From a bacterium (GTDB lineage Bacteria > Hinthialibacterota > Hinthialibacteria > Hinthialibacterales > Hinthialibacteraceae), in NCBI GenBank assembly GCA_963662285.2, contig CAXXMV010000002.1, forward strand, positions 384,001 to 448,000: 64,000 nt of DNA. The letters run 5' to 3'. Of the stretch, positions 37,740 to 47,826 are shown one piece after another (position 1 is the first letter of the stretch; each line of letters starts with the position of its first letter). Under the pieces are notes generated by a model. The model saw only the letters and a program-made list of their open reading frames with translations. It was not told the origin of the DNA and searched no databases. Made by a program: the position numbers and the translations under genes.

Positions 37740-39848
37740 ATGATTATTTATTCACACTCAATTAAAAAGTTGAAACTCAATTATTTATTAAGGGTATTTG
37801 CGATTTTTTCAATATTATCATTCATTTCCATAGGATCGTGCACTGCTGAACAAGAGTACTCTTTGGATGGTGATTGGCTTTTTAAGCTCGACCAGACAGA
37901 TAAAGGATTAAGCGATAAATGGTTTAATACACAGCATGACCTGTCGTCATGGGAGCATGTAACTATCCCTCATACCTGGCAGGTTGAATCCGGGAAAGAA
38001 GATTATTATGGAGTCGCCTGGTATAGCCGGACGGTAGCGGGGGATTTATCCTGGCGAGAAAAAATAATCCGGTTAGAATTTGATGCTGTATATCGTGATA
38101 CTATGGTTTGGGTAAATGGAAAGAAGATAGGCGACCATATCGGCAGTGGTTGGACTCCATTCGCATTTTCTATAACGGAATTTTGGAATCATAGCGGCGA
38201 TAATATAATCACGGTTAGGGTTGATAACCAGTTTTCTAAAAAGGCTTTGCCTTATTTGCGTTCATCTGATTGGGCGGCGGATGGAGGGATTATCCGCAGC
38301 GTTCGTCTTAAAATATTACCTCGCGCATATATTGAGAGTATTATGGTTCAATCTATCCCGAATCAAGATAACTCTTCAGCCAAACTTGATGCGCGTATTA
38401 AGTCTATCACTCCTATTGGCGACAGTCGATCCTATTCTTTGTTTGTTTCTGTTTTTAACCCGTTAGGCAATATTCAGTCTTCTTCTCAGGTCGCGTTCGA
38501 CGAAACTACTCCGGGGATGCTATCAGCTAATATTGCTCAAGTTATTCAATCGCCAATATTATGGCATTTTGATCAACCAAGACTTTACCGTATGGTGGTT
38601 CGTTTGCTTGCAGGCGGTGAAATAATACATCAACGCGAAACCCGTTTTGGCGTCCGTTCCATTGAATTAAAAGATGGTTTTATCTTTCTTAATGGAGAAG
38701 CTATGCGCCTTATGGGCGTCGAATGGATGCCGGGCAGCGATCCGCGCTATGGTATGGCCGAGTCTCCCCGATTTATGCGTGATATCCTGGCTGATATGAA
38801 AGAACTTAATTGCATTATCACCCGATTTCATTGGCAGCAGGATCAATCGGTTTTCGAATTCTGCGATAACAATGGAATGCTAGTACAGGAAGAAGTTCCT
38901 TCTTGGGGAGGTAAAACCATGGAAGGAGATTTCTCTGGCATCCAGTCGATGCATACTCGGGAAATGATTGAACCTCATTACAATCATCCCTCTATATATG
39001 CTTGGGGGCTTTGCAATGAAATTGGCGGCCAGAGCAAGGCGGCCCATAAGTTTATTAGTGACGGCATTACTCTGGCGCGGGAGATTGATCCCTATCGGCC
39101 TTTGACTTATGCATCAAATTCGCTGCAAAATAATCACGGGGAAGATGCTTCTAAGTTACTGGATTTTTTGGAATGGAATGATTATTACGAATCCTGGTAT
39201 GGTGGATCGGTTCGAGACGCTGAATCTAACCTGGAAAAAATCGCCAAGGCTTATCCCGGTAAATCGTTGATTGTGTCTGAATATGGTCTTTGTGAATGTG
39301 ATCCCAAAAATCCAACCAGCGACGAGCGGCGTATTGAGATATTAAAAACCCATACGGACGTCTATCGTAAATCACCACTTGTAGCGGGCGCCATCTTCTT
39401 TGATTATAACGATTATCGCACCCATATTGGAGATAAAGGACAAGGATCGTTTCAGCAGCGCGTTCATGGAGTAGTCGATCTTCAGGGTAGAAGAAAACCA
39501 TCCTGGGAAGCGCTGAAGCGTGAATCGTCTCCTATTCGTTCCATCTCCATCAGCGATCCCCGGACAATGGATTCCAAGACCAGCGCTTCGGTTGAAATAT
39601 TGACCCGTTCATTGGAAAACGATCTTCCGGCGTACACTCTTCGTGGATATTTATTAACATGGGTGGCTTATGATTCTAATGATCTGCCTTTAGGAACCGG
39701 AAAAAAAGTTTTGCCTGATATCTCGCCGGGAACCAGACATCAAGTCAAAATTGAATGGCCCAAAATAGATGCTCTTAGCCGTATTCGCGTGGATGTCTAT
39801 CGTCCTACGGGATATTCAGTATCCGGCGCTGACTGGAAAACTAAATAA
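37740..39848 (+). CDS. Secreted glycoside hydrolase family 2
   Basis: SLDGDW.F, G.AWY, V.VNG, GGIIRSV, LW....P.LY, FG.R, HYNHPSI.AWGLCNE (acid/base), VSEYG (nucleophile). RBS GGAGG favours ATG 37740. Confidence 0.9.
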   Translation: MIIYSHSIKKLKLNYLLRVFAIFSILSFISIGSCTAEQEYSLDGDWLFKLDQTDKGLSDKWFNTQHDLSSWEHVTIPHTWQVESGKEDYYGVAWYSRTVAGDLSWREKIIRLEFDAVYRDTMVWVNGKKIGDHIGSGWTPFAFSITEFWNHSGDNIITVRVDNQFSKKALPYLRSSDWAADGGIIRSVRLKILPRAYIESIMVQSIPNQDNSSAKLDARIKSITPIGDSRSYSLFVSVFNPLGNIQSSSQVAFDETTPGMLSANIAQVIQSPILWHFDQPRLYRMVVRLLAGGEIIHQRETRFGVRSIELKDGFIFLNGEAMRLMGVEWMPGSDPRYGMAESPRFMRDILADMKELNCIITRFHWQQDQSVFEFCDNNGMLVQEEVPSWGGKTMEGDFSGIQSMHTREMIEPHYNHPSIYAWGLCNEIGGQSKAAHKFISDGITLAREIDPYRPLTYASNSLQNNHGEDASKLLDFLEWNDYYESWYGGSVRDAESNLEKIAKAYPGKSLIVSEYGLCECDPKNPTSDERRIEILKTHTDVYRKSPLVAGAIFFDYNDYRTHIGDKGQGSFQQRVHGVVDLQGRRKPSWEALKRESSPIRSISISDPRTMDSKTSASVEILTRSLENDLPAYTLRGYLLTWVAYDSNDLPLGTGKKVLPDISPGTRHQVKIEWPKIDALSRIRVDVYRPTGYSVSGADWKTK

Positions 39849-39862
39849 AGGATTATCAATCA

Positions 39863-42800
39863 ATGCGTTATTTGTTGTCGACCGGGATCAATGTTCTAAT
39901 TCTTTGCGCTTCAATATGCGCATTTGCGGATGTAGAAAATGCTGTTTTAGGCGGAATTGGAACAGGGAAAATCGAAATTCAGTCAAATGGAAGATTGGCC
40001 AATATCACTATTAACCATAACCAGTTAAAACCCATAAACGATGAGAATGGTTGTTTTGCTGCAATCGCGGTTAAAAGTGGAAAAGAGTCTATTGTCAAGC
40101 AATTATACGTGAACGATGATGATTCAAATTGCATTGATGAGGTTAGCCTAAAAGGTGAATTTCCTTTCGCGCGGATTGATTATAAAGATCAACAACTTCC
40201 GGTTTCAGTTTCTCTAAGAACTTTTAATTCTGTCCTTCCCGGCAACCTGGATGATTCATGTTATCCGGCTATAGCATTCAAATTTTCGGTGCAGAATCCA
40301 GATAAACGTCAACATGAGGTTTCGTTGGCCATGTCATGGCGCAACCTGATTGGATTAGGCGGAACAACTCAAGAGACTATCGATCTTGCGGGGAAAATGA
40401 AGCACCATATATATAGCGGCAGCCGTATGTCGGGCGTCCAGTATCAATTCGAACCAGCTGCGGTGGAGGGATTCGCCCAAAATACTCTGGGAGAACATGC
40501 GCTGGTTTATCAGTCAAGTAATAAAGAAAAAGCATCAATCCTTCCTATCTGGCATCCTGAATCCGACCCTACGGCTTTTTGGTTGTTCCTTAATGATGCG
40601 GATAAAGTGAAGAAAACCAAAGACGCCGCGTTCGATTATGCTGGCGCCGGTTTTAATCGACCCGCAGCAGCTGTTGCATCGACTCAGTCAATTCCTCCCG
40701 GCGAGTCGCGGGATTTTGTGTTTATCCTTGGCTGGTATATGCCCCATCAGGTTAGTCTTGATGGCGTAGATCATGGCGTATATTACGCTTCGCAGTGGAA
40801 ATCGCTTGATAAGGTTATCGGCGTTTTTGGTAAGTATTGGCCTGAACTTGCGGATCAAGCGCAGGCGTGGCGTGATAGTTATCTCAATTCTTCGCTGCCC
40901 GGCTGGTTGGTAAACCGTATGCTGAACGGTATGGCGGCGCTGTCGTGGGATGGACTGTATCTCAATGATGGCCGTTTCTCGTTATTAACTCGCGATCCTC
41001 AATATCCGGGGAATCTTGGTTCGCCGGAAGAGCGCCTGGTTGATTCGCTTTTTATGTTGCAATGTTACCCGGAATTACTACGTTCTGAATTGCGCCTTAT
41101 GGCCAATTGTCAATTGGCGGATGGCGAAGTTCCATCGGCCGTTGGTAATTTGTATGGTCTTGTCGAGAATGGCAATATATCAGGCGGTTTTATCGGCAGA
41201 CCGGATTCAACATCTGCTTTCGTCTTGTTGGTTTATCAATACTTTCTTTGGACGGGAGACCGTGAATTTCTGGATGATATGCATCAACATGCGCGTTATG
41301 CTTTGCGTTGGCTGATGTATCGCGATGCTAACCAGGATTCCGTTCCTGATGGGGCGTCGCTATGGCGGTGGGGGAAAGATGGCGTGACATCATTGTTTTC
41401 CGGGAATCTGGCGCTTGCGGCATTTCGGGTTGGAGAAGAATTAGAACAGATATACGGCGATCTGGAGTTCCAGAACTGGTGTAGGAAGCATGGTGAAATA
41501 ATCAGTCGTAATCTGAACAGTCAGTTGTGGAATGGATACGCCTATAACGCATTTTTTGATCCTGCCCGTCCAAGCGCATTGGATAGCGGTAATAGCATCC
41601 CTGGTCTTCTGTGCGGCGAATGGTATGCATCGCAGCAGGGATGGGACAAGTTGTTTCCAGCGGATCGAGTATTCCGGATGACGCAGACTTTGGCCAACCG
41701 CATTAATGCGGTGGATAGCAATGCCGGTTCATTTGTTTTTGGACCATTGGCTGAACCGGGCTGGCGCTATGGATTCGCCGCGGCGTCTACCGGATCGCTG
41801 TTAGTGCGTAACGGTTTTTACGATTCAGCATTTCGCTTGCTTCAGATGAAATCAAACACTCCAGAATTATTTTCTCAAAAAGATACTGGACTATGGTCGG
41901 TTACTGCTTCTTTGCAAGGCTTGAGCGTTGATATGCATCGTCACTGTCTGATTGTAGGTCCAAGCCTTCCCGCAGCGTCGCAATCATTCGCCGCTCCCTT
42001 CTCAACCCCGCTCTATTCCGGCGAACTGCGTTATAGCCGTTCATCGCTGTCCGGGCAGATGCAATGTGAAATTGAATTTGATCGCGTCCCCGACAAGAAA
42101 GAGTTCAACCTGCAGCAAATTGCTTTTGCTTTACCTGGGAACGTTGATGCCAACCAGATGATATTGCTGGTTCACCACAATGGAAAATCATTGGTCGGAC
42201 AGGATTTCTCCCGTGAATCATTGCGCGTGTTCGGTTTTCAGCCGGTGCTGCGAGTGAAAAAAGGCGATGTCCTCTCACTATTATTGAGTCCGAAAGACGG
42301 CCCCCGGTTGTTGGTCGATGTACAGACGCGTGATATTAAGAATTATGGAATTAAATGCCGCATTGAAAAAAACGTTCTGGCGCTGCCGGGCGTTTCGTTT
42401 TATATGACCAATCTTATTCAAGAGCGACAACTTGTCTCCGTCGAACTTGCTAATCCAGCCGACAATAAACAATATGCAGTTTTCATCAATGGCCAGCAAC
42501 GCCCGTTTGCGGTTCCTTCCGCTGATCCGATCCCGATGCTTCTGCCTTTGAGCCTTGTCTCGGCTGAAGAGAGTTCCGTCCTAAGTATGGCGGCTAAAGG
42601 GTGTCAGGAAACTGTGGTGAAGATATCCGACATTTCTGGAGTGGAAAAGTTAAAGAATAAACTTTGGATTCTTCAGGAAGAAGTCAACCGGCTGGTTCAG
42701 CAGGATATAATCCAGCGCGGAGTCAGGATAGACGTTATTCCCACAGATGTTGTCGAACAACTTAAATTCCCCGAACTGGATGAAACAGGAGATTCGTTGA

Positions 42801-43732
42801 ATGAAGATATCGAACGTTTCAACCAAGTGAGGACGGAATACATGGAATTTATTCAGGGATTGGGGCTTGATCCGGTTCTGGCTTCTGAACTGACGGGGTA
42901 TTTCGTTCCAGTGGATATCGCTGTATCAGCTAGTGAAATTATTTCCGGCAGCCAGACTTTTGCAGTGAATGTTCGTATGAACAATCCACAGAAGTCTCCC
43001 ATACGGGCGCGGGTGAATTTAGACATTCCTGAGGGTTGGAGTTCAGTGGCGCATGGCGATATCGAGTTTGATGACCGTACAAATGCTCAAACAGAAAGAG
43101 GCTTTCTCTTCTCGGTTGATTCTTCAGTTGGATTGTGGAAGAAACGGTATACCTTTGACGTCGTTTTCAGCGGCGCCTGGAAAGGATATCCCTTCCGTAG
43201 GGTCGTCCCGGTTTCCATCGGGCATGATTTTATTAAACGCTGGCTGATTGTCGGGCCGTTTGCAAATGCCAGGGGCGAGGGATTTGGTAATATTAAGCCT
43301 CCGGAGCATAACATTCAGACTAAAGAGACTTACTCCGGTTTAGGCGGCGAAGTCGGTTGGACGGAACATGAATTCGCTGATGGTTACGTAAACTTCGACT
43401 CAGTGCTTCAACCAAATGATAATGCTACGGCTTATGCATACACCAGTATATATTCGCCGCGTGAACAGGTAGTCAATTTCAGGATTGGCTGCAATGGAGA
43501 CTTGAAACTCTTTATGAATTATCAACCTGTATACGCCAAGCGGAATATCGGGCGCCTCAAACCGGGAGGCGTGATTATACCGCACCGCATTTATCAAGGA
43601 TGGAACCATGTAGTGGTCAAAGTCAGTGAACAGGTCGGTCCGTGGGGATTCTATTTTGAACTATATGATCCACAGGGCAATCCACTGGATGGCGTTCAAT
43701 ATGCATTGGACAAAGCGGATAGTGATGGGTAG
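39863..43732 (+). CDS. Large secreted GH116-like protein (GBA2_N plus (alpha/alpha)6 domain) with C-terminal accessory beta domains
   Basis: Signal peptide, LGGIGTG.I, GEFPFA, S.YPAI.F, F.L.WY.P, LP.WL, Y..WTGD.EFL, LWNG; C-terminal W.IVGPF...AYAYT...GWN..VVK module. Confidence 0.75.
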   Translation: MRYLLSTGINVLILCASICAFADVENAVLGGIGTGKIEIQSNGRLANITINHNQLKPINDENGCFAAIAVKSGKESIVKQLYVNDDDSNCIDEVSLKGEFPFARIDYKDQQLPVSVSLRTFNSVLPGNLDDSCYPAIAFKFSVQNPDKRQHEVSLAMSWRNLIGLGGTTQETIDLAGKMKHHIYSGSRMSGVQYQFEPAAVEGFAQNTLGEHALVYQSSNKEKASILPIWHPESDPTAFWLFLNDADKVKKTKDAAFDYAGAGFNRPAAAVASTQSIPPGESRDFVFILGWYMPHQVSLDGVDHGVYYASQWKSLDKVIGVFGKYWPELADQAQAWRDSYLNSSLPGWLVNRMLNGMAALSWDGLYLNDGRFSLLTRDPQYPGNLGSPEERLVDSLFMLQCYPELLRSELRLMANCQLADGEVPSAVGNLYGLVENGNISGGFIGRPDSTSAFVLLVYQYFLWTGDREFLDDMHQHARYALRWLMYRDANQDSVPDGASLWRWGKDGVTSLFSGNLALAAFRVGEELEQIYGDLEFQNWCRKHGEIISRNLNSQLWNGYAYNAFFDPARPSALDSGNSIPGLLCGEWYASQQGWDKLFPADRVFRMTQTLANRINAVDSNAGSFVFGPLAEPGWRYGFAAASTGSLLVRNGFYDSAFRLLQMKSNTPELFSQKDTGLWSVTASLQGLSVDMHRHCLIVGPSLPAASQSFAAPFSTPLYSGELRYSRSSLSGQMQCEIEFDRVPDKKEFNLQQIAFALPGNVDANQMILLVHHNGKSLVGQDFSRESLRVFGFQPVLRVKKGDVLSLLLSPKDGPRLLVDVQTRDIKNYGIKCRIEKNVLALPGVSFYMTNLIQERQLVSVELANPADNKQYAVFINGQQRPFAVPSADPIPMLLPLSLVSAEESSVLSMAAKGCQETVVKISDISGVEKLKNKLWILQEEVNRLVQQDIIQRGVRIDVIPTDVVEQLKFPELDETGDSLNEDIERFNQVRTEYMEFIQGLGLDPVLASELTGYFVPVDIAVSASEIISGSQTFAVNVRMNNPQKSPIRARVNLDIPEGWSSVAHGDIEFDDRTNAQTERGFLFSVDSSVGLWKKRYTFDVVFSGAWKGYPFRRVVPVSIGHDFIKRWLIVGPFANARGEGFGNIKPPEHNIQTKETYSGLGGEVGWTEHEFADGYVNFDSVLQPNDNATAYAYTSIYSPREQVVNFRIGCNGDLKLFMNYQPVYAKRNIGRLKPGGVIIPHRIYQGWNHVVVKVSEQVGPWGFYFELYDPQGNPLDGVQYALDKADSDG

Positions 43733-43734
43733 GA

Positions 43735-45222
43735 TTATTCACCCTCAACATTAAGTGATGGCCGACGTAAAAACCCGAAAGCTATTGTTATGGTTGCCAG
43801 GATTAATAAAACTGCCGAGATGGGGCGGCTTAAAAACATCAGGCTGTTGGCATCTGGCAACAATAACGCCTGACGCAAGTTCCGTTCGGCCATTGGGCCA
43901 AGGATCATGGCTAACACGACTGGCGAGGCCGGGAATCCATAGCGCTTCATGCCATAACCCACAGCGCCCATGGCGATAGCCACCCATACATCGAACATAC
44001 TGAATTGCAGCGCATAGGCGCCGATTACGCTGAGTACGCAAATGATGGGTAATAGTACGCGTTTATCGACCAGGATGATGCGGGCGATCACCCGCACGGA
44101 TAACAGTCCGATGGTCAGCATGGCGATATTGGCCAGCATCATGGCGCCGAAGATCGGATAAACCACTTCGGGATGCTCTTGAAACAACATGGGGCCGGGT
44201 TGCAAGCCCTGTACTACCAACGCGCTGAGCATGACGGCGGTTACTGCATCACCGGGAACGCCCAGGGTCAACATAGGGATCATGGCGCCGCCAGTGGCGC
44301 CGTTATTGGCCGCTTCGGCGGCGATTATGCCTTTGGGTTCTCCCTGTCCGAATCTTTCTGGATGTTTATCTATGCGTTTGGCTTCGTTGTAACTTACGAA
44401 TGCCGCGATATCGCAGCCCGCGCCGGGCAGGCTTCCGATAAAGGTTCCGATTAATCCAGAGCGCAGCAGAGTGAATTTATATTCCTTAAACTCCTGCCAT
44501 GACGGAAGCGAGAAGCGGGGGCTTTCGGTTTTACCTTCTCTACTCCATCCCTGCGATATTTCATAAAAAACCTGGGCGAAGGCGAAGAGTCCGATTAATA
44601 CTGGAATGAAACCTAATCCATCATATAAATTCGGTTGACCAAAACTGAAACGTGGAATCCCCGCAATTGGATCAAGACCAATTGTGGCGATCAACAATCC
44701 AAAGAAACCTGATAGTACTCCCTTTAGAATATCCTTACTGGATATAGTTACGATCATGCTCAAGCCGAATATGGCCAGGGCGAAATATTCTGGATAACTG
44801 AACCTAAGCGCAAAGCTCGATAGCAGCGGGCTGAACAGAGTAAGCGTAATAGCGCTGATCATTCCTCCGGTGAAGCTAGCGCATGCGGCCAGGGCGATAG
44901 CGTGCCCCGCCTCTCCCCGTTGGGTCATGGGGAAGCCGTCGAGCACGGTTGCGGCGGCGGCTGGAGTGCCTGGCGTGCAGATCAGAATAGCGGCGATTGA
45001 ACCGCCATAGATAGCGCCAACGTAGATGCCGATCAGCATGGCCATGCTCGATTGGGCGTCCAATCCCAGGCTTAGGGTGAACGGTAGCAGCAGCGTCACG
45101 CCCATAGTTGCGGTTAGCCCCGGCAAGGCGCCGAACAGGATGCCTAGCGCAACGCCCGAAAAAACCAGACATAGCATGGATGGACTGAAAGCAAGTAGAA
45201 AATTGGAAATTATTGAATCCAT
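43735..45222 (-). CDS. tctA: Tripartite tricarboxylate transporter permease TctA
   Basis: GALPGL, GAIYGGSI.AIL...PGTP, DGFPM, EAANN, P.LTLGVPG, G.QPGP. True start ATG 45222 overlaps the tctB stop (TAATG). Confidence 0.95.
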   Translation of the reverse strand: MDSIISNFLLAFSPSMLCLVFSGVALGILFGALPGLTATMGVTLLLPFTLSLGLDAQSSMAMLIGIYVGAIYGGSIAAILICTPGTPAAAATVLDGFPMTQRGEAGHAIALAACASFTGGMISAITLTLFSPLLSSFALRFSYPEYFALAIFGLSMIVTISSKDILKGVLSGFFGLLIATIGLDPIAGIPRFSFGQPNLYDGLGFIPVLIGLFAFAQVFYEISQGWSREGKTESPRFSLPSWQEFKEYKFTLLRSGLIGTFIGSLPGAGCDIAAFVSYNEAKRIDKHPERFGQGEPKGIIAAEAANNGATGGAMIPMLTLGVPGDAVTAVMLSALVVQGLQPGPMLFQEHPEVVYPIFGAMMLANIAMLTIGLLSVRVIARIILVDKRVLLPIICVLSVIGAYALQFSMFDVWVAIAMGAVGYGMKRYGFPASPVVLAMILGPMAERNLRQALLLPDANSLMFLSRPISAVLLILATITIAFGFLRRPSLNVEGE

Positions 45223-45734
45223 TATGAACCGAACCACCCCGGTAAAGGAACGTTTAATATGCGTTGGAATACGAAATATAATGCGAAGGTAACGCTGATA
45301 GTCCACACTGCAATGCGCAATGGTCTGCGTTCGCCAAGCATTACAATGGTGACGGATAGAAATAGCAGAGTGGCTGCAATATAACCAAGAACGGGTATGC
45401 CTGCTGCGTACAATGCCAGCGTTATAAATGTTATTAGCGCTAAACGCTTGTTTTTTTGTCCGGCGATATGTGCTTCGCTGGATGTATGATGCCGCCATTT
45501 AATACTTATACCGCGCACTATGAGAATTATGCTCAATGGCCCCATGAAGCATGATAGCAAGCGGGGGTAAAATTGCGGCCCGAAGTTTAACTCTTCCCGC
45601 GCAAAGGCGCCGCTGCTGATATAGGCGGTCAGAGCCATAGTCAGCAGTAATGCTCCGATAATAATATCCGCCCAGGGTTGAACTATGTCTTGATCAGTGT
45701 TTGGTTTTATTGGTTGATTATTAATTGTATTCAT
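45222..45734 (-). CDS. tctB: Tripartite tricarboxylate transporter small subunit TctB
   Basis: GPQFYPR, four to five TM segments, LGY..AT, F...L.VPLP. Confidence 0.9.
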   Translation of the reverse strand: MNTINNQPIKPNTDQDIVQPWADIIIGALLLTMALTAYISSGAFAREELNFGPQFYPRLLSCFMGPLSIILIVRGISIKWRHHTSSEAHIAGQKNKRLALITFITLALYAAGIPVLGYIAATLLFLSVTIVMLGERRPLRIAVWTISVTFALYFVFQRILNVPLPGWFGS

Positions 45735-45744
45735 ACCATTGGTA

Positions 45745-46704
45745 TTACAAATCGAGTCCTTCAATCAGTTCAGCTATTGATTGAGACTCGCTGCGCAGGA
45801 AGGCTGCGAAATCTTCTGAATTCCGGTAATGCAGTCCAAGCATCATTTTCTGCGCCGTCTCTTGGAATGCTGGAGCATCAAAGGCTTTCTTGAATCCTTC
45901 TTCTAACTGATTAACGATAGGCTCTGGAGTGTCTTTGGGAACCGCCAGCCCCCGCCAGGTGGCATGTACTAAATCAAGGCCTAGTTCTTTGAAAGTGGGG
46001 ACATTAGCAAGATTGGCGAATCGCTCGTCTGACATAACTGCTAAACAGCGCAAGTCGCCGGATTGCACGAATTGTAAAACTTCCGCCGGGCTGACCGCTA
46101 CGGCGCTTAAATGCCCGCCTGCTAATTGAGTGACTGCCGGGCTGGCGCCTTCATGTGGGATATGAGTGAATTTCGTCCCGGTTAGTTTTTCCAGTTTTAC
46201 GGCGCCCAGATGCCAGACTGCCCCAGGTCCGGAATTGCCGATGGTGATCTGTTTAGGATGCGCTTTGGCGTATTTCAAGAAATCATCCAACGTTTTCCAT
46301 TCAGAATCAGCTTTAATGGTTATGGCCGCCGGGTCCTGGTTTAATTGCATGAGCGCTTTGAAATCCGTGTCATCTATTGGAGCTCTTCCCAGTGGTTTGT
46401 AAGAACAAAGTTCATAAGTGATCATGGTTACGGTGTAACCGTCAGGCCGGGCTTTCATGCCGTAGGTATGACCTACGGTACCAGAGCCGCCAGTTCGGTT
46501 TATTACATTGACGGCGACGCCGAAAACTTTTGATGCTTCCTGGGCTAGAGAACGGGCTAAAGCGTCGGTGCCCCCCCCGGCTTTCCAGGGCACGACGATA
46601 TTTATAGATTTAGACGGGAATGTGGCATCCGTTGGAGCGCAGGCGGCAAATGTTATCGCTATCGATAAAGAGATCAGGACGAGTCGAAATATGTATTTGT
46701 TCAT
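45745..46704 (-). CDS. tctC: Tripartite tricarboxylate transporter substrate-binding lipoprotein TctC (Bug family)
   Basis: Lipobox FAA-C, FP.K.I..VVPWKAGGGTD, PDGYT, VPTFKE.G, WRG..VPK.TP. Confidence 0.94.
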   Translation of the reverse strand: MNKYIFRLVLISLSIAITFAACAPTDATFPSKSINIVVPWKAGGGTDALARSLAQEASKVFGVAVNVINRTGGSGTVGHTYGMKARPDGYTVTMITYELCSYKPLGRAPIDDTDFKALMQLNQDPAAITIKADSEWKTLDDFLKYAKAHPKQITIGNSGPGAVWHLGAVKLEKLTGTKFTHIPHEGASPAVTQLAGGHLSAVAVSPAEVLQFVQSGDLRCLAVMSDERFANLANVPTFKELGLDLVHATWRGLAVPKDTPEPIVNQLEEGFKKAFDAPAFQETAQKMMLGLHYRNSEDFAAFLRSESQSIAELIEGLDL

Positions 46705-46957
46705 GGTTATTCCTTCCCGGATGAAGGTCGTTTATTAACGGCTTCTCTACTATACCAGAGGTTTAGCAAGGAGCAAGATGGTTTGATATAATACAAAATA
46801 TTGCTTCTGCCTCTAGACACCAAACCTTTTATTTGGCTATATGATGATAAGGGTGGTTTTCTGTGAAATCTGGGTATTTAATTACCTTAGGTGAGCAGAT
46901 TAATATTAATCACTCCAGGCGGATTATTCCGTCAACAAAATCTTAAACATATGGAGA

Positions 46958-47707
46958 ATGAAGATGAAAAGATTCGTAACAATCGCAATGATTTTCGCGA
47001 TTCCTCTAGTGTTGGTTGCGTCGCCTGCCATGGCGCAGAAATACAATCCTGCAATCAATCCACCTGCAAAACCATTTAATACCCTCACAGATCAAGAAAA
47101 AGCGGATGGATGGGAACTATTATTTGATGGCAAGACGCTTAAAGGTTGGGAAAGAGACGAGAATTTCCCCGGCGAATGGAGCGTTACCAGCGACGGCATC
47201 ATTTTTAGCGCCAAGGGAGCGACTCACCTGTTCAGCGCTAAAAAGTACAAAGATATTGATTTGTCCTGGGATGTATGCGCTTATGACGTCGGCGTGCCTG
47301 ATGTAGATGCACCTATGGCCAGCCCGCGCATGGGCAACTCAGGCGTTTTCGTCCGCGGGATCAAATCCGGCGGTTCATTCCCCCAAGGTTATGAAGTCCA
47401 GGTTGATCCTTATGATATCAAAAATCCAACCGGCGGCGTCTATGGCAAAAATCCTGGCACCCTTTTGGTTACTGAAGATGGCAAATGGAAACCAGAAGCT
47501 TTCTTCCAGATTCACGAAGGTAAATGGATGCATCAACGCGTGCGCATCGAAGGCAATCGTTTGCAGATCTGGGTTAATGGCGAAAAAACCATGGATTGGA
47601 CCGATCCAGATAAATCATTCCCCGAAGCCGGTTATATCGCCCTGCAAAATCACCACAAAACAGATGTAGTTCTTTTCACGAACATCAAAATTAAGGTGTT
47701 GGACTGA
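46958..47707 (+). CDS. Secreted DUF1080 family protein
   Basis: Signal peptide (AMA|Q), NTLT..EKADGW.LLFDGKTL.GW, GNSGVF, GYEVQ, GYIALQNH, F.NIKI. Confidence 0.92.
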   Translation: MKMKRFVTIAMIFAIPLVLVASPAMAQKYNPAINPPAKPFNTLTDQEKADGWELLFDGKTLKGWERDENFPGEWSVTSDGIIFSAKGATHLFSAKKYKDIDLSWDVCAYDVGVPDVDAPMASPRMGNSGVFVRGIKSGGSFPQGYEVQVDPYDIKNPTGGVYGKNPGTLLVTEDGKWKPEAFFQIHEGKWMHQRVRIEGNRLQIWVNGEKTMDWTDPDKSFPEAGYIALQNHHKTDVVLFTNIKIKVLD

Positions 47708-47763
47708 TATTAACTTGATTATGATTGGCTGCATGTTCAATCATAAATCATACTGAATATGTT

Positions 47764-47795
47764 AAAGAGGCGGGATTCTTCGATCCCGCCTCTTT
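47764..47795. terminator. Bidirectional terminator
   Basis: AAAGAGGCGGGAT-tcttcg-ATCCCGCCTCTTT. Confidence 0.88.
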
Positions 47796-47826
47796 CTGTA
47801 TCTTAATACCATTTTGAATGAATCGG

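Noticed and set aside
45223-45498. N-terminal extension of TctA in the ORF track
   Set aside because: Overlaps tctB; TctA similarity begins at ATG 45222.
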